From an uncultured virus (IMG/VR IMGVR_UViG_3300020048_000034) (lineage: Duplodnaviria; Heunggongvirae; Uroviricota; Caudoviricetes), in the IMG/VR virus record IMGVR_UViG_3300020048_000034: DNA of 64,000 bases; one strand, 5' to 3'. Made by a program: the position numbers and the translations under genes. The notes beneath the pieces are model-generated. The model saw nothing but the letters and a program-made list of their open reading frames with translations, had not been told where the DNA came from and searched no databases. This document shows, one piece after another, positions 37,984 to 49,360 of this stretch. Every line of letters starts with the position of its first letter. Positions within the stretch are counted from its first letter, which is position 1.

Positions 37984-40787
37984 TGTACAATGTTACAGAA
38001 CTAGTTGCAGAGTTTGATAAAATCAATCATAAGAGAATTAAATCTATCCTAGTAGACAGAAAGAACCATTCTTTCAGCAATTTGAAAGAACTAGCATACT
38101 TCTCTAGAGAAAACACTATTTTTACTAGTTATCAAAAAGAAATTACAGGCGTTCCTAGAACTAACGAAGCAGGAAAAGAACTATATATAGGAAACAATCT
38201 TATATGGTTAGACTTAGATTTTGAAGTTAATTTGAAAACATTAAAGAAAAAATTAGAAAAAGTTAATTTAACTAGTTTTGCTTTTTATACTTCAAGTTAT
38301 TACTCTAAGAGTCAAGCACATGCTAGATTATGTATCGTATGTGATGAAACACTTTCTTTAGATGACTGGTACTGCATAAGAGTTTATGCAAACCAAATTT
38401 TAACTATTTTGGGATTAACTAAAACTCAGGATAATCATATTTACTCTCTAAGTAGTTATCTTAAAAGCATAAAAGGTGATTTTGAAAAAGAAGATTTGGT
38501 TTACAATAAGGGTCAAAAGTTCAAATGGATTAAACAAGAAGAAGTAATTAGAAAAACTAGTAAAAAGAAAGAAACTATAGAAAAGGCTTGTTATGGAGAT
38601 TTAGGAAACTTAGCAAACTTTTTAAATAACTTTTCTTCAATAGAAAAAGTAAAAATAAGAGACAACAATAATACAATTTCTATTTGTTTTACAAATATAT
38701 CTGAAAAAACACCTTTTGGTTACTTCATTTATATGAATAACCCTTGGACTGTTTATCATCGAAATAAAGATCCTCAATATCTTTCTAATTTACTTTCACC
38801 ACTAGATTTTGAAAAGTTTAAAAATTTTTATTTGAATTCTAATTATATTAATAGTGATCCTTTTAAAGATGACTTAAAAACTAATAAAACTATAAATGTA
38901 GATTTTGTAGATCAATCTTTATTTAGTAGACATTCATTAATTTTCCTTGAATCCTCAACTGGAAGTGGAAAAACTACTGCAATTTCAGAATTTATATCTA
39001 AAAATCCACAAAAATCTGTTCTTTTTATTTCAGTAAATAGAATGCAAGCAGTTGCATTATATAAATCTTTATCTAAAGAAGGTATAGGAGTAACTTGTTA
39101 TTTAAAACATTCCTTAAAAGAATACCAATATGAGAAAAAAGGTAGAAAGAAAGTATCCATATATAATGAAACATTTGAAAATGAAGCACAAAATTCCAAT
39201 TTACCTAGTAGACTTATTTGCGGAGTTCTTTCGTTACATCATCTAATTAAAAATGATAAGTTATTAAAAAATTACGATTATATAATAATTGATGAAATCT
39301 CAACATTACCTAATAATATTTCAAGAAGTGTTGGATTAGTTTATGAAAGACTTGGATCTTTTGAATTAGGCTTAAAAGCTTTTAAGTTACTTCTTACAAA
39401 TTCTGAAAAAGTTATCTGTATGGATGGATTTTTATCTAATTCTATTATAAAATGTATATCAGATATTTCAAAAAAAGATCCCTACATTATTAAAAATAAA
39501 ATGCCTACTAATAAAAAAATAGAAATTTATGTTTGTTCTGGAGGACAGCCTAAATTTGAGGGAAAAGGTACTTGTAAGAAATATTTAAGTAAAATAATGG
39601 AGGATATAGATAAAGCCAGTTTTAATGTGACTAAAAGACTTATGGTTGTTGCTCTTTCTTCACTAGATTTATCGAACACTTTAGGGGATTTTCTTAGAAA
39701 ACAATATCCTGATAAAGTAATTCAAGTATTTAATAGCGAATTAACTGAGAAAGATGGATTAATGGCTATTCAAATGTTTGAGGATCTAGATAAATATATG
39801 GAAGACTATAAAATAGATATTCTTATCTACTCTCCTACTATAACTACTGGTATTGACATACCACAAGCTAAAGGTACTAATGTATATCAAATTATATCTG
39901 GAGATCAGCTTTCTTCTCACACTAACTATCAAATGACAATGAGAGGTAGAAAAGCAAAGGTTTATAGAATATTAATGGCTAAGTCACTAATGGTAAATAA
40001 AAAAATAAATTCATCCTTTGATGATTTTATTATTGAATCTCTTGATGAAATTAAAAATTCTATCCCTTTTAAGAGTTCTAAATCAATTAAATGGAAATCT
40101 AGAAATTTTCAAACAACAGGATTGCTTTTATCTTATTATAGATTAGAATACAATATCTCAGAAAAAGAATGGAAAAAAGTAAACGACCTGAAATCATTAA
40201 TAAATGCTTTAAAATTAATGTCATTACAATATAATTATGATCTAGAGGGAGTTAAAATAGCTTTAAAAATAGATCGTGCTAATATAAATTTTCAAAATGA
40301 ATTATATGAAAGGGGTAACACTGGGTATAAACAATATATAAATTTTCTTAAACATGAACATTGTAAAATTTCAGTAGAAGAAGATATTGATTATAATTCT
40401 CCTCATTACTATGGGAAATATAATAATAATTCTACGAAATATAAAGAATCACATAAAGAAGATTATAGTAATAAATTAAAAGAATTAAATTGCTGGAAAG
40501 AAGAGTATAAAGAATTAAAAAGTGATAGATTATTTAAAATTTTAAAAATAGCTAAAGTTTTTAATGTTTTAAAAACTAAAATAAGAATAGGGAAGTATTC
40601 TAATGATGAATTACTAGAATTATATGATACTCTTTATAAGAAATCTTTCTTAAAAGAGTATAAAGAGTTTAGAGAAGTATTATGTAAGAATACAAATAAA
40701 GAAAAAATAGCCGTAATTAAAAGCATCTTAAACATTATTTTTAATATTAAGGATACAGAAAAAAGGTATTCAATAGTTATAGAATAA
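37983..40787 (+). CDS. Primase-like N-domain fused to a UL9/origin-binding-type SF2 helicase
   Basis: WLDLD..YTS..HARL; STGSGKT, IIDE, MDG, SPTITTGIDI, Q...R.R. Confidence 0.75.
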   Translation: MYNVTELVAEFDKINHKRIKSILVDRKNHSFSNLKELAYFSRENTIFTSYQKEITGVPRTNEAGKELYIGNNLIWLDLDFEVNLKTLKKKLEKVNLTSFAFYTSSYYSKSQAHARLCIVCDETLSLDDWYCIRVYANQILTILGLTKTQDNHIYSLSSYLKSIKGDFEKEDLVYNKGQKFKWIKQEEVIRKTSKKKETIEKACYGDLGNLANFLNNFSSIEKVKIRDNNNTISICFTNISEKTPFGYFIYMNNPWTVYHRNKDPQYLSNLLSPLDFEKFKNFYLNSNYINSDPFKDDLKTNKTINVDFVDQSLFSRHSLIFLESSTGSGKTTAISEFISKNPQKSVLFISVNRMQAVALYKSLSKEGIGVTCYLKHSLKEYQYEKKGRKKVSIYNETFENEAQNSNLPSRLICGVLSLHHLIKNDKLLKNYDYIIIDEISTLPNNISRSVGLVYERLGSFELGLKAFKLLLTNSEKVICMDGFLSNSIIKCISDISKKDPYIIKNKMPTNKKIEIYVCSGGQPKFEGKGTCKKYLSKIMEDIDKASFNVTKRLMVVALSSLDLSNTLGDFLRKQYPDKVIQVFNSELTEKDGLMAIQMFEDLDKYMEDYKIDILIYSPTITTGIDIPQAKGTNVYQIISGDQLSSHTNYQMTMRGRKAKVYRILMAKSLMVNKKINSSFDDFIIESLDEIKNSIPFKSSKSIKWKSRNFQTTGLLLSYYRLEYNISEKEWKKVNDLKSLINALKLMSLQYNYDLEGVKIALKIDRANINFQNELYERGNTGYKQYINFLKHEHCKISVEEDIDYNSPHYYGKYNNNSTKYKESHKEDYSNKLKELNCWKEEYKELKSDRLFKILKIAKVFNVLKTKIRIGKYSNDELLELYDTLYKKSFLKEYKEFREVLCKNTNKEKIAVIKSILNIIFNIKDTEKRYSIVIE

Positions 40788-40789
40788 TA

Positions 40790-41115
40790 TAGCATAAATT
40801 ATGCTAACTAGTCAAAAGCGATAGTCATATAGGTACTTTTTTTTTTGACTAGTTAGCATAAATCTGAGATCTAGATTCTATCCTTAAATACTAGAATTAA
40901 AGAAAAAAACACTCTAATTATACTTACGGTTTTTATTACTAAGCAAGTAGTTGAAATAATTAAAGAAATATAAATTGTCGTAAGTAGTGAATAACGTAAG
41001 CTTATAAGTAAGAAAAATTCTTCAGTACTTACGACATTCTAGAAGTAAAAACCAAAATTTAAAAATACTTACGGTATTCACTACTTACTAAGTATTTGAA
41101 ATCATTAAAGATATT
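40790..41115. repeat. Candidate replication origin: inverted repeats and TACTTACG iterons
   Basis: Perfect 19-bp IR at 40799-40817/40843-40861; TACTTACG at 40921, 41026, 41066 and its reverse complement at 40979. Confidence 0.55.
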
Positions 41116-41250
41116 TTTATTGATGCCATCTTTTACACTGAAATATATGTATTGTACTCTTTTTTATTAAAACAATTTTTAAAATCACAGCTTCTAAAAG
41201 AACTATTTTTCAAAGTTTTCTAATTTGTCGATTTTCTGTTTGCCAGCGAC

Positions 41251-41279
41251 TTGACAAGTCAAAAATTTTATGCTATACT
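41251..41279 (+). promoter_or_regulatory. Sigma70 promoter with extended -10
   Basis: TTGACA-17-TATACT with TGn. Confidence 0.85.
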
Positions 41280-41501
41280 GTTTTTCACAATTTGAAATTT
41301 TTCTAAAAAAGGAATTTTTAAAATGGAATCTATCTGTAGAACTAAAGATTGGGAGTGTCCTTTGATCAAGCAAGACAAAGACATTTGCATAAGAACTTGT
41401 GAGAAACTAAAGTTGTTTCAATCACAACTAGCTAGACAGAGAAGCTTTCAAACGAATGATTCTACTCCACCTAGTATTCTATATTCTAAAAACAAATCAG
41501 A

Positions 41502-41771
41502 GTGAGAAAGGAGGAATTTATGAAAACATTAATAGCATTACTTTTCCTTGTCATAGTGCCTGTTGCAAATTCAGGGGATACAGTCCTTAAATCTTATGAC
41601 AATAAAGGGCATTACACTGGTAAAGCAGTAGTAGTTAATCCCACTACTATAAAACAGTATGATGATAAAGGTCATTACACTGGTAAACAAATTATTCAAC
41701 AAGATAACAAAACTGTCAAATGTTACGATGATAAAGGCCATTTAACAAAGAAATACATTATTAAAAAATGA
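41502..41771 (+). CDS. Secreted small protein with three YD.KGH.T.K repeats
   Basis: Signal-peptide-like MKTLIALLFLVIVPVANS; triple repeat. Confidence 0.65.
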   Translation: MRKEEFMKTLIALLFLVIVPVANSGDTVLKSYDNKGHYTGKAVVVNPTTIKQYDDKGHYTGKQIIQQDNKTVKCYDDKGHLTKKYIIKK

Positions 41772-42949
41772 AAAGGAGCTTTTAAATGTTATATAGAACT
41801 GCTGAAAAACACTATGAATATATTGAATTTCAAAATAAATATTTATTCCGAGAAGTAGTTTTTGAACATTTAACAATTGGTTTAATAGATAATGCATTAG
41901 ACCAAAATTATTCAATTCATTTTAGAATAGTAGATGAGAATGTATTTAATTATTACAATGAAACAAAAACATTAGATATGGAAAAAATAGATTTAGAATC
42001 TAGAGGTAAGTATATTAGAGTTATAGATAAAATACCTGGTTCCCCATTCTTAGAAGAAGACCTTAATTACATCAAGCAAAAGACTTACTCTCAATTTGAG
42101 AAAGATAAAATGATTCAAGAAGCAAAGGATCAAATTAGAGTTAAGCCAATTTTTAGGTTTATTCTACAATTCAATGATGAAAAATTATATAAAGTATATG
42201 AAGGGTATTATAGAAAGTATAAAGGTGTTGTAACTGAGCAAGAGATGCTAGATATGGATAAATCACTTTATTCTTTTAAATTAATAAAAGATGAACTAGT
42301 TACTACTCCATTTATATTAAAAATAAATGATGAGTTTTTACCATTTTTCTCATTAAAAGAACTAGATACTGTATATGTTACTAAAAATGGTTCCTTACAT
42401 AGTAAAGAATTACTTTCTAATAAACAAAAAGTTTACATTAGAATGCGTAAAGAGGCTATGGAATTACTTCACACTCATTAAAAAAGGATTTTTAATCTAT
42501 GTCATGCCCTAAATGTATTTACTTTGATTTTGAAAATGGAGAAAAGAGCGATAGATGCCCTAGTCCTAAAGTTAAATTTAATGATTGTATGTTTTATACA
42601 TCTAAAAAGGATAAAAAAGCTTTAAAAGATATGATTCCTTCTGTTAAGAAATTAAAAAGTAAAAGTGAAAAAATTATTCCACCTCCAAAATTGAAGTTAA
42701 AAACCATTGAGAAAATAGATAAGATAGAAGTATGTTTCGACTACACTTGTAGATGCAATAATAAGATTAGTCTGAAAGCCAGTTACATAGGTAACAATAA
42801 AATCACTAGGTTTTGTCATCACTGTGGTAAGTCGTTTAAGTACATTGTGCAAGTTAAAAAAGGTGATGAGGGTGACTATGGTTTTCAGACTAGAGTCGTA
42901 ATAGAAGAAATTGTTACTAAACGAAAAGTTCCAACTCAGGAGTAAATTC

Positions 42950-44886
42950 ATGGCAAATAAGACATACGATGAGTCCTCAATTGAGATTCATCAGGGGTTA
43001 GAAGGATGCCGTAGGAGACCGAATATGTATATAGGAGAGTTGGGTGCTCAAGGTATTCAACACTTACTAAGGGAACTAGTTGAAAATTCAATTGATGAGT
43101 TTTTTGAGAAACAAAATAGCTATATTGTTGTAAAAGTTATAAATAATGAGGATAAAACTCAAACTTTTATTGTAGGAGATAAAGGAAGGGGAATACCTGT
43201 AGGTAAACACAAAACAGGATTAAATACTTTAACTGCCATTATGACTATACTTCATGCTGGTGGGAAATTTGATGATACTGCATACAAATCCAGTAGAGGG
43301 GTAAATGGAGTTGGAATTTCAATTGTAAATGCTCTATCTAGAAAATGTGAAGTATGGACAAATAGAAATAATGATTGGTATTATCAATCCTTTGAAAAAG
43401 GTATTGCTACAATAGATGATCCAGAGTATATGGAAAGTAAACCATCTATTGCTAGAAATCTTTCCTTAAATAAAGGAACATTAATTAAGTTTACTCCAGA
43501 TTATAAAATTTTATCTAAAGATAAAAAAGATATAGTTAAATTAGAGAGTTTGGAAAAATGGCTCTACACAGTAGCCTTTTTAAATAGTGGTGTTAAAATA
43601 AAATTGATTTATAATGATAAGGAAATCGACTATTATAACTCAGAAGGTCCACAAGCGTTTGTCAAAGAAATCCTTCCAAAAGATACAGAAGAAATTGGAA
43701 AATGTTTTGTAATAGATAATGAAAATTTAACTGTTGCATTACAATGGACTGATTATGATGAAGAGGATAAGTTAATTTCTTATGTTTCGGGGGCGGAAAC
43801 GGAATCAGGCGGTACTCACTTAGTAGGTTTGATGGAGGGATTAACTAGATCATTTAAAAACTACTCCAACAAAGCTAGTGCTTTAACTTCTCAAGATATA
43901 AAATTAGGGATAGTTGGTTTCATTAACTACAGACTTTCTCAAAAACAACTCAAGATATAAAATTAGGGATAGTTGGTTTCATTAACTACAGACTTTCTCA
44001 AAGTGAGTTTGACTCTCAAAAGAAAGATAAGTTAATAACCGTAGCTGCTAAAAAGGATGTTAGTGACCAAGTTTACAAAGCATTTTCTAAATGGTTGAAC
44101 AACAACAAGTCAACCGCAACTATTATAGTAAACAGAGCACTAGATTTGAAGAACGCTAGGTTACAAGCAAAACAACTTCAAAGTGCCGCTTCAAAGATTA
44201 AAAACAAAAGAGGAAAAGTTTTACTACCTGGAAAGTTAACTACTTCTACAACTAAAGATCCAACTTTGAGAGAGTTATTTATAGTGGAAGGAGATAGCGC
44301 AGCTGGAAGTGCCCGTAGAGCCAGATACCCTGAATTCCAGGAGGTTCTAGCCATACGTGGAAAAATTATTAATGCTGCTAAATCGTCTCTTTCAAAAACT
44401 TTAAATAGTGAGGAAGTTCAAGCAATACTCACAGCTACGGGGTTAGATTTAAAAGAATTAAAAAATAGAACCTATAGAATAGGTAAAATACTAGCTCTTT
44501 GTGATAGCGACGAGGATGGAAAAAATATAGAGGTGCTCCTAGCTACACTTTTTCAAACTATTGCACCAGATTTATATGAAAAAGGTATGATTTATGTTGT
44601 AGATGCGCCTTTGTATTTTGCAACATGTAAAGATAAACAGTATTCGGGAAATACATTTGAAGAAATACGTGAAAAAATGCCTAAATCTGCACCAGATCAT
44701 TTAATCCTAAGAATGAAAGGTTGGGGAGAATGCTCCGCAGAAATTTTAAGAGATTTAGCTTTTAATGTTAAAACTAGAAATATTTTAAAAATAACACCTT
44801 TAAAGAACAGAAAAGAAAGATCTAGGTTTGAGGCAGTAGTCGGCGAGGATACAAACATGCGTAAAGAATTATTAGGTGTATCTTAA
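42950..44886 (+). pseudogene. gyrB: Type IIA topoisomerase ATPase/TOPRIM subunit (GyrB/ParE-like) split by a 59-bp insertion; 625 aa if repaired
   Basis: RRPNMYIG, ENSIDE, GRGIP, HAGGKF, GGTH, then EGDSA, RGK, D.DEDG, KGWGE in the downstream frame. Confidence 0.9.
43890..44002 (+). repeat. 54-bp direct duplication with 5-bp spacer AACAA
   Basis: CTCAAGATATAAAATTAGGG...CTTTCTCAAA at 43890-43943 and 43949-44002. Confidence 0.95.
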
Positions 44887-44896
44887 AAGGAGACCT

Positions 44897-46264
44897 ATGT
44901 CTGAACAAACTTTGCTTAGTCTAGTTGAGGAAAATACTATTTCCTATGGAAAAGAGGTCTTGAATGAGCGTGCTCTCGTTGACTTCAGAGATGGATGCAA
45001 ACCTATTCATAGACGAATTTTATGGGGTATGTATAAAATGGGTATGCATCATAATGGTGGTTTTAAGAAGGCGGCTAGAGTACTAGGGGAAGTTGTTGGA
45101 AAATTACACCCACATTCTTCTGATGCTGTCTATGGTGCTATGGTAACGATTGCAAATTCTTCTACTCGGCTTTTACATCCTGAAGGAAATTGGGGAGATG
45201 CTGAAAACCCAAAAAGTTATGCAGCATTTCGTTATACTCTTTGTAAACTGTCAGAGTATTCTGACAAGTACTTATTAGATCCAGACTACCTTGCAATTAC
45301 TCCTATGGTAAAAACGTATGATGGAGAGAATGAGGAACCTGTGTTTCTACCTGCTAAAGTGCCTAACTTATTAGTTAATGGTACTGAAGGGATTGCAGTT
45401 GCAGTTTCATGTTATATACCGTCATTCTCACTTGAATCAGTCATAGAATTATGTAAGATAGCATTTAAAAGATCTGTTACTGCTAAAGATTGTTTAGAAA
45501 CTCTAGAGTTTAAGTTCCCTTATGGTGGGATAGTTACATCAAGTGATGGGGATATTTTAGAGTATTTTAAAACTGGAAAAGCAACTTTAACATTTTCCCC
45601 AAAAATTAAAGTTAAAGGCAGTGAAGTAATTATAAATGAAATCCCACCTCGATTAAAAATAAATCCTACAAAGCAAAATCCTTCTCCAGGTTTCATTGAG
45701 AAAATATCTGCTTTAAAAGGTGTTAAAAAAGTCTTAGATTTGAGAGAGAAGCAGATTTTAGAGTTCAAGGCTATATTAAATAACTCGTATACTAATGATA
45801 CAATAAAAGATATTAGAAATATTTTAACAGTTAGCCTCCCATTTCAAACAAAGATAACTGTTAGAAGCAGTAATGGTGAAGATACACTTTTTAAACAGTG
45901 TACAATTCCTGATATAGTAAATAAGTGGGTTAAGTGGAGAACTAATTTTGAAGTAAAAATGCTATCTAGGCTTCTTAACTTAGAAAGAGAAAGACTAGAT
46001 AAAAATGAATTAATGATCCTAATCATAGCTAATCTAGATATTGTAAAACGTGCTTTGGAAGCAGATCATTTTCAGAAGTACTTGATTAAGCATCTAGACA
46101 TAACTGAGGATCAAGCTAAGTACGTTGAAGGAAAAACACTTTCCTCTCTTACTAAAGTGAGTAAAGAGTCTCTTATTGAGAAAGTTAAAGAGTCTAAGAA
46201 GAAGATAAAACAGTTTAAGTATTTCATAGAGAACCCAGTTGAAAGAATCCTAGAAACATTGTAA
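44897..46264 (+). CDS. gyrA: Type IIA topoisomerase breakage-reunion subunit lacking the C-terminal pinwheel
   Basis: RAL.D.RDG.KP.HRR, HPH, AAFRYT, PNLLVNG..GIAV; only 455 aa. Confidence 0.9.
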   Translation: MSEQTLLSLVEENTISYGKEVLNERALVDFRDGCKPIHRRILWGMYKMGMHHNGGFKKAARVLGEVVGKLHPHSSDAVYGAMVTIANSSTRLLHPEGNWGDAENPKSYAAFRYTLCKLSEYSDKYLLDPDYLAITPMVKTYDGENEEPVFLPAKVPNLLVNGTEGIAVAVSCYIPSFSLESVIELCKIAFKRSVTAKDCLETLEFKFPYGGIVTSSDGDILEYFKTGKATLTFSPKIKVKGSEVIINEIPPRLKINPTKQNPSPGFIEKISALKGVKKVLDLREKQILEFKAILNNSYTNDTIKDIRNILTVSLPFQTKITVRSSNGEDTLFKQCTIPDIVNKWVKWRTNFEVKMLSRLLNLERERLDKNELMILIIANLDIVKRALEADHFQKYLIKHLDITEDQAKYVEGKTLSSLTKVSKESLIEKVKESKKKIKQFKYFIENPVERILETL

Positions 46265-46272
46265 AAACACTG

Positions 46273-46308
46273 TTGACAAATTCTAAATTTTGTGTTAGAA
46301 TTTGTCAA
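46273..46308. promoter_or_regulatory. Palindromic sigma70 promoter, valid on both strands
   Basis: TTGACA-17-TAGAAT on both + and -; 14-bp perfect IR. Confidence 0.7.
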
Positions 46309-46376
46309 TTTTAAATATTCTTTAAACAAAGAAAGGAAAAATTTTTGAAGTTTTAAAAATTACTAAGGAGAAAAGA

Positions 46377-46973
46377 ATGGGTAGAAAGCGCAAGGTAACT
46401 CTTCACTTGCTTCTCATTTTAGCTGTGTTTTACTGTTTCAATTTCGATAATAGTTTGGGCGCTTCAATACAAATGAAGCCCCTAATCTCAGAAAATTCAA
46501 AGATTGTACAGAAAGATAAAAAGATCTTGATGATTGATTGGGTAATAAATAACTCTGAGTGTAGTACCATAACAGCTAAAGAGATAGTGGAAGCAGTACT
46601 GGAAACCTCCAATCCTTTATTACTTCTTTCGATTATGAAGAAAGAAAGTGAGTTTAAACCTAAAGCTATTTCTAGTTCTTCTTGTATTGGATTAGGTCAA
46701 ATTTCACCAATACATATTAAAGAATTAAAAGAAGAGAATATTATAAATAGCAGAAAGGATTTAACTAGAATTAAAAACAACATTAAATCTATGGATTTTA
46801 TTTTACAACAGAAGCTAGAAAGAGCTAACAATAATGTTAGAAAAGCTTTGTTGTATTATGTTGGGGATACTTCTAGAAAGGATTATGTGAACAGTGTCAT
46901 GAAAAACTATTCTTCATTACACGGTTATGTATCAAAGGGGACACATGGAAAATCAAAAAAATCAAAAAAGTAA
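46377..46973 (+). CDS. Lytic transglycosylase (SLT) with N-terminal signal/anchor
   Basis: ESEF.P.A.S....GLGQI, NI, AL..Y.G, YV..V. Confidence 0.85.
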   Translation: MGRKRKVTLHLLLILAVFYCFNFDNSLGASIQMKPLISENSKIVQKDKKILMIDWVINNSECSTITAKEIVEAVLETSNPLLLLSIMKKESEFKPKAISSSSCIGLGQISPIHIKELKEENIINSRKDLTRIKNNIKSMDFILQQKLERANNNVRKALLYYVGDTSRKDYVNSVMKNYSSLHGYVSKGTHGKSKKSKK

Positions 46974-47798
46974 TCTAAAGGATATAGAAGTTAAAAAATT
47001 TAAACTTCTTCAGTCTATCAAGAAATTAAAAACTAAAATTTTATTACTTACTGGTCCTATAACTAGAACGGATGCTTTAAATGAACTAGCTATTTTAGGA
47101 AAAATAGCTCACAATATAGGAATGGAAGGAGAGTTACTGAATAATAAAGCTGCTAAGAAAATGTTTGCTTGTGAAACACAACTCTCTTCTTTAAGTTTAA
47201 AAATTAAAAATGGAGAGGTAACTAAGGAAAAAGTTAATGATATAGTAAAAATTATTATTTTTAATCTTCCCTCCTCAACAGAGGAAAAAGAGGATTCACC
47301 AATAGATAAAGAAATTATACCATTACAGAATATACAATATGTTAAGATAGGGAAGGATCCAGAAACTAAAATAGTAACTGCTCCATTTTTATTTCCCTTT
47401 CCATTTCCATTAAATGAAAGTAAGTTAAAGAAATTAGAGCATGGTTTTAAATTAAAACAGATATTAGTATTTCCCCATTATTATCTTTGTGAAAATGCAC
47501 CATTTCTAGTTATAGGTACTAAAGGATTACCAGCTAATGTACCTATTTCTAAGAAAGCAGATCAAATTTTAGACTCATTTTCTAAAGTAAAAGGTTTAAA
47601 TACTAGACTGTCTGCTGTTCATGAGATATCAAAGTTTTCAAGTACATGGTATGCAGTATTAGTTATTAATTCCAATATAGAGGAAGAAATAACTAGTATA
47701 ACTAATACTATTCTAAAACAAAAAGATCCAAGGAAGAAAGATGTAAATGCACCAGTAGGTGTAGGGGAAAGTAGATTTACTATATATCTGGAGTAAAT

Positions 47799-48134
47799 AT
47801 GGCTAGTGGTAACTGTGAAGTAACAAATAAATTTTATGCTTCATTGGATGAACATCATGTTATACCTCAAGAAGTTGGTGGTGTAAATGGACCTAAAGTT
47901 AGACTAGGTCCAGATGTTCATCAAATAATTCATAGAAGTGTAACTAGTATACAGACTAGAGAACTATTTCTTTCTAGTCTGTCCCCATTACAACGTATGA
48001 AAGCAGAGTACTTAATTCAGGCAATTATAGCTTCAAAAACTATGCTTCCTAGAACAAAGAAGAATGAGATTAAAATTGAAGTAGATGATAAAACTTTCCA
48101 AGCATATCAAGATTGGAAAGCTAGAAAAAAGTAG
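47799..48134 (+). CDS. HNH-like small nuclease (degenerate)
   Basis: EHHVIP...GG......L...VH..IH. Confidence 0.6.
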   Translation: MASGNCEVTNKFYASLDEHHVIPQEVGGVNGPKVRLGPDVHQIIHRSVTSIQTRELFLSSLSPLQRMKAEYLIQAIIASKTMLPRTKKNEIKIEVDDKTFQAYQDWKARKK

Positions 48135-48141
48135 TTTAATT

Positions 48142-48178
48142 TCCCTAAAAGTTTAAAAGCTTTTAGGGATTTCTGTTT
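48142..48178 (+). terminator. Putative terminator
   Basis: TCCCTAAAAG/CTTTTAGGGA stem + TTTCTGTTT. Confidence 0.55.
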
Positions 48179-48195
48179 AAAAAAGGATTTTTAAA

Positions 48196-48933
48196 ATGAT
48201 AAGTTTATACAATTTTGTAAGTGAGGAATTAAACTTACGTTTTTATAATAAGGTAGATAGAGAAGCAATTTTAAAAATTATGTTTTCTTTTTTCTTAGGT
48301 CATTATACTTATAATAGAGCATCTTATATTCTTTGTAAAAATTATGGTAAAAATTTAAAAGATGGTGGTATGCAGAGAAAATTCTCAGCTCTAACTTCTA
48401 AGGTTGGAGAAAAAGAAGTTGATTATATAATGAAAAACCTCAGAGGAAAACTAAATAACAAAAAATTTAAAGTATTTAGAAGTGACTGGGAATTTATAGA
48501 AGATCATATTAATTTTATACCAACATATTCTAATTACCCATTAGAGGAAAAAGTATTAACAGATATTTCTCCGTTTATTAGAAATCTAAGTTATAAACTT
48601 AAAATGTTTTTATCTAAAGATAATTCAAAAGATGTATTTGATATAACAAATGATTTACTTTTGTATGCTTCATTAGGATATAGAAAATATATTTATGATT
48701 ATAATAAAACCATTCACGATACAGATAATTATAAATTACTTTTATCATTAGTTTATAAAACTGTTCGAAATGGAGGAATAGATTATATTGGATCATCATT
48801 TACAGCTAAAAGAAAAATTAGTTTAAAAACATCATCTATTGAAGATTTTAATGATGAAGGAGAAATATATCTAGACCCTTCAGGGGATGTAAAATTTGCA
48901 GAAATTAGAAGAACTAAATTTAATGAAGACTAA
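48196..48933 (+). CDS. Possible sigma70 region-2-like transcription factor
   Basis: FI..LSYK...D...DL...A...Y.KY...Y..VRN..IDYI pattern; no region 4 seen. Confidence 0.35.
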   Translation: MISLYNFVSEELNLRFYNKVDREAILKIMFSFFLGHYTYNRASYILCKNYGKNLKDGGMQRKFSALTSKVGEKEVDYIMKNLRGKLNNKKFKVFRSDWEFIEDHINFIPTYSNYPLEEKVLTDISPFIRNLSYKLKMFLSKDNSKDVFDITNDLLLYASLGYRKYIYDYNKTIHDTDNYKLLLSLVYKTVRNGGIDYIGSSFTAKRKISLKTSSIEDFNDEGEIYLDPSGDVKFAEIRRTKFNED

Positions 48934-49225
48934 TTTTAAAAAATCGTTTAACTAATTAAAAACACTTTTTTCTAAAGTGTTGTAAAACTCCGCATGGCAT
49001 AGTTCACTTCAACTCTCATTGAAAGGAGAAATTTATGAGCTTTTTTAATGGAAATACAGAAAGTCAAGATTGCTTTGAAAAAGGACAAGAAATGGCTAAG
49101 GAACATGCAAATACTCTTTCGCATGAAGCAGCTAGAGATGGATTTCTTCAGGGGTTGTCTATATCAGATCAAGAGTCTTATAAAGAAGGATTTGACAGTG
49201 TAGCAAACAAAGATTAAATAGAGCC

Positions 49226-49265
49226 AAAAAGGGAAGTGTGTAGAAATACACATTTCCCTTTTTTT
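49226..49265 (+). terminator. Rho-independent terminator
   Basis: GGGAAGTGTGTA-GAAA-TACACATTTCCC + T7. Confidence 0.85.
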
Positions 49266-49281
49266 GTTTCGATTTTCTGAC

Positions 49282-49310
49282 TTGACAAAAAAAGTTATTT
49301 ATGTTATAGT
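49282..49310 (+). promoter_or_regulatory. Sigma70 promoter with extended -10
   Basis: TTGACA-17-TATAGT with TGn. Confidence 0.85.
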
Positions 49311-49360
49311 AGTATTATATCGTTTATATCATATAAACAAATTTTAAAAAAGGAAATTTT

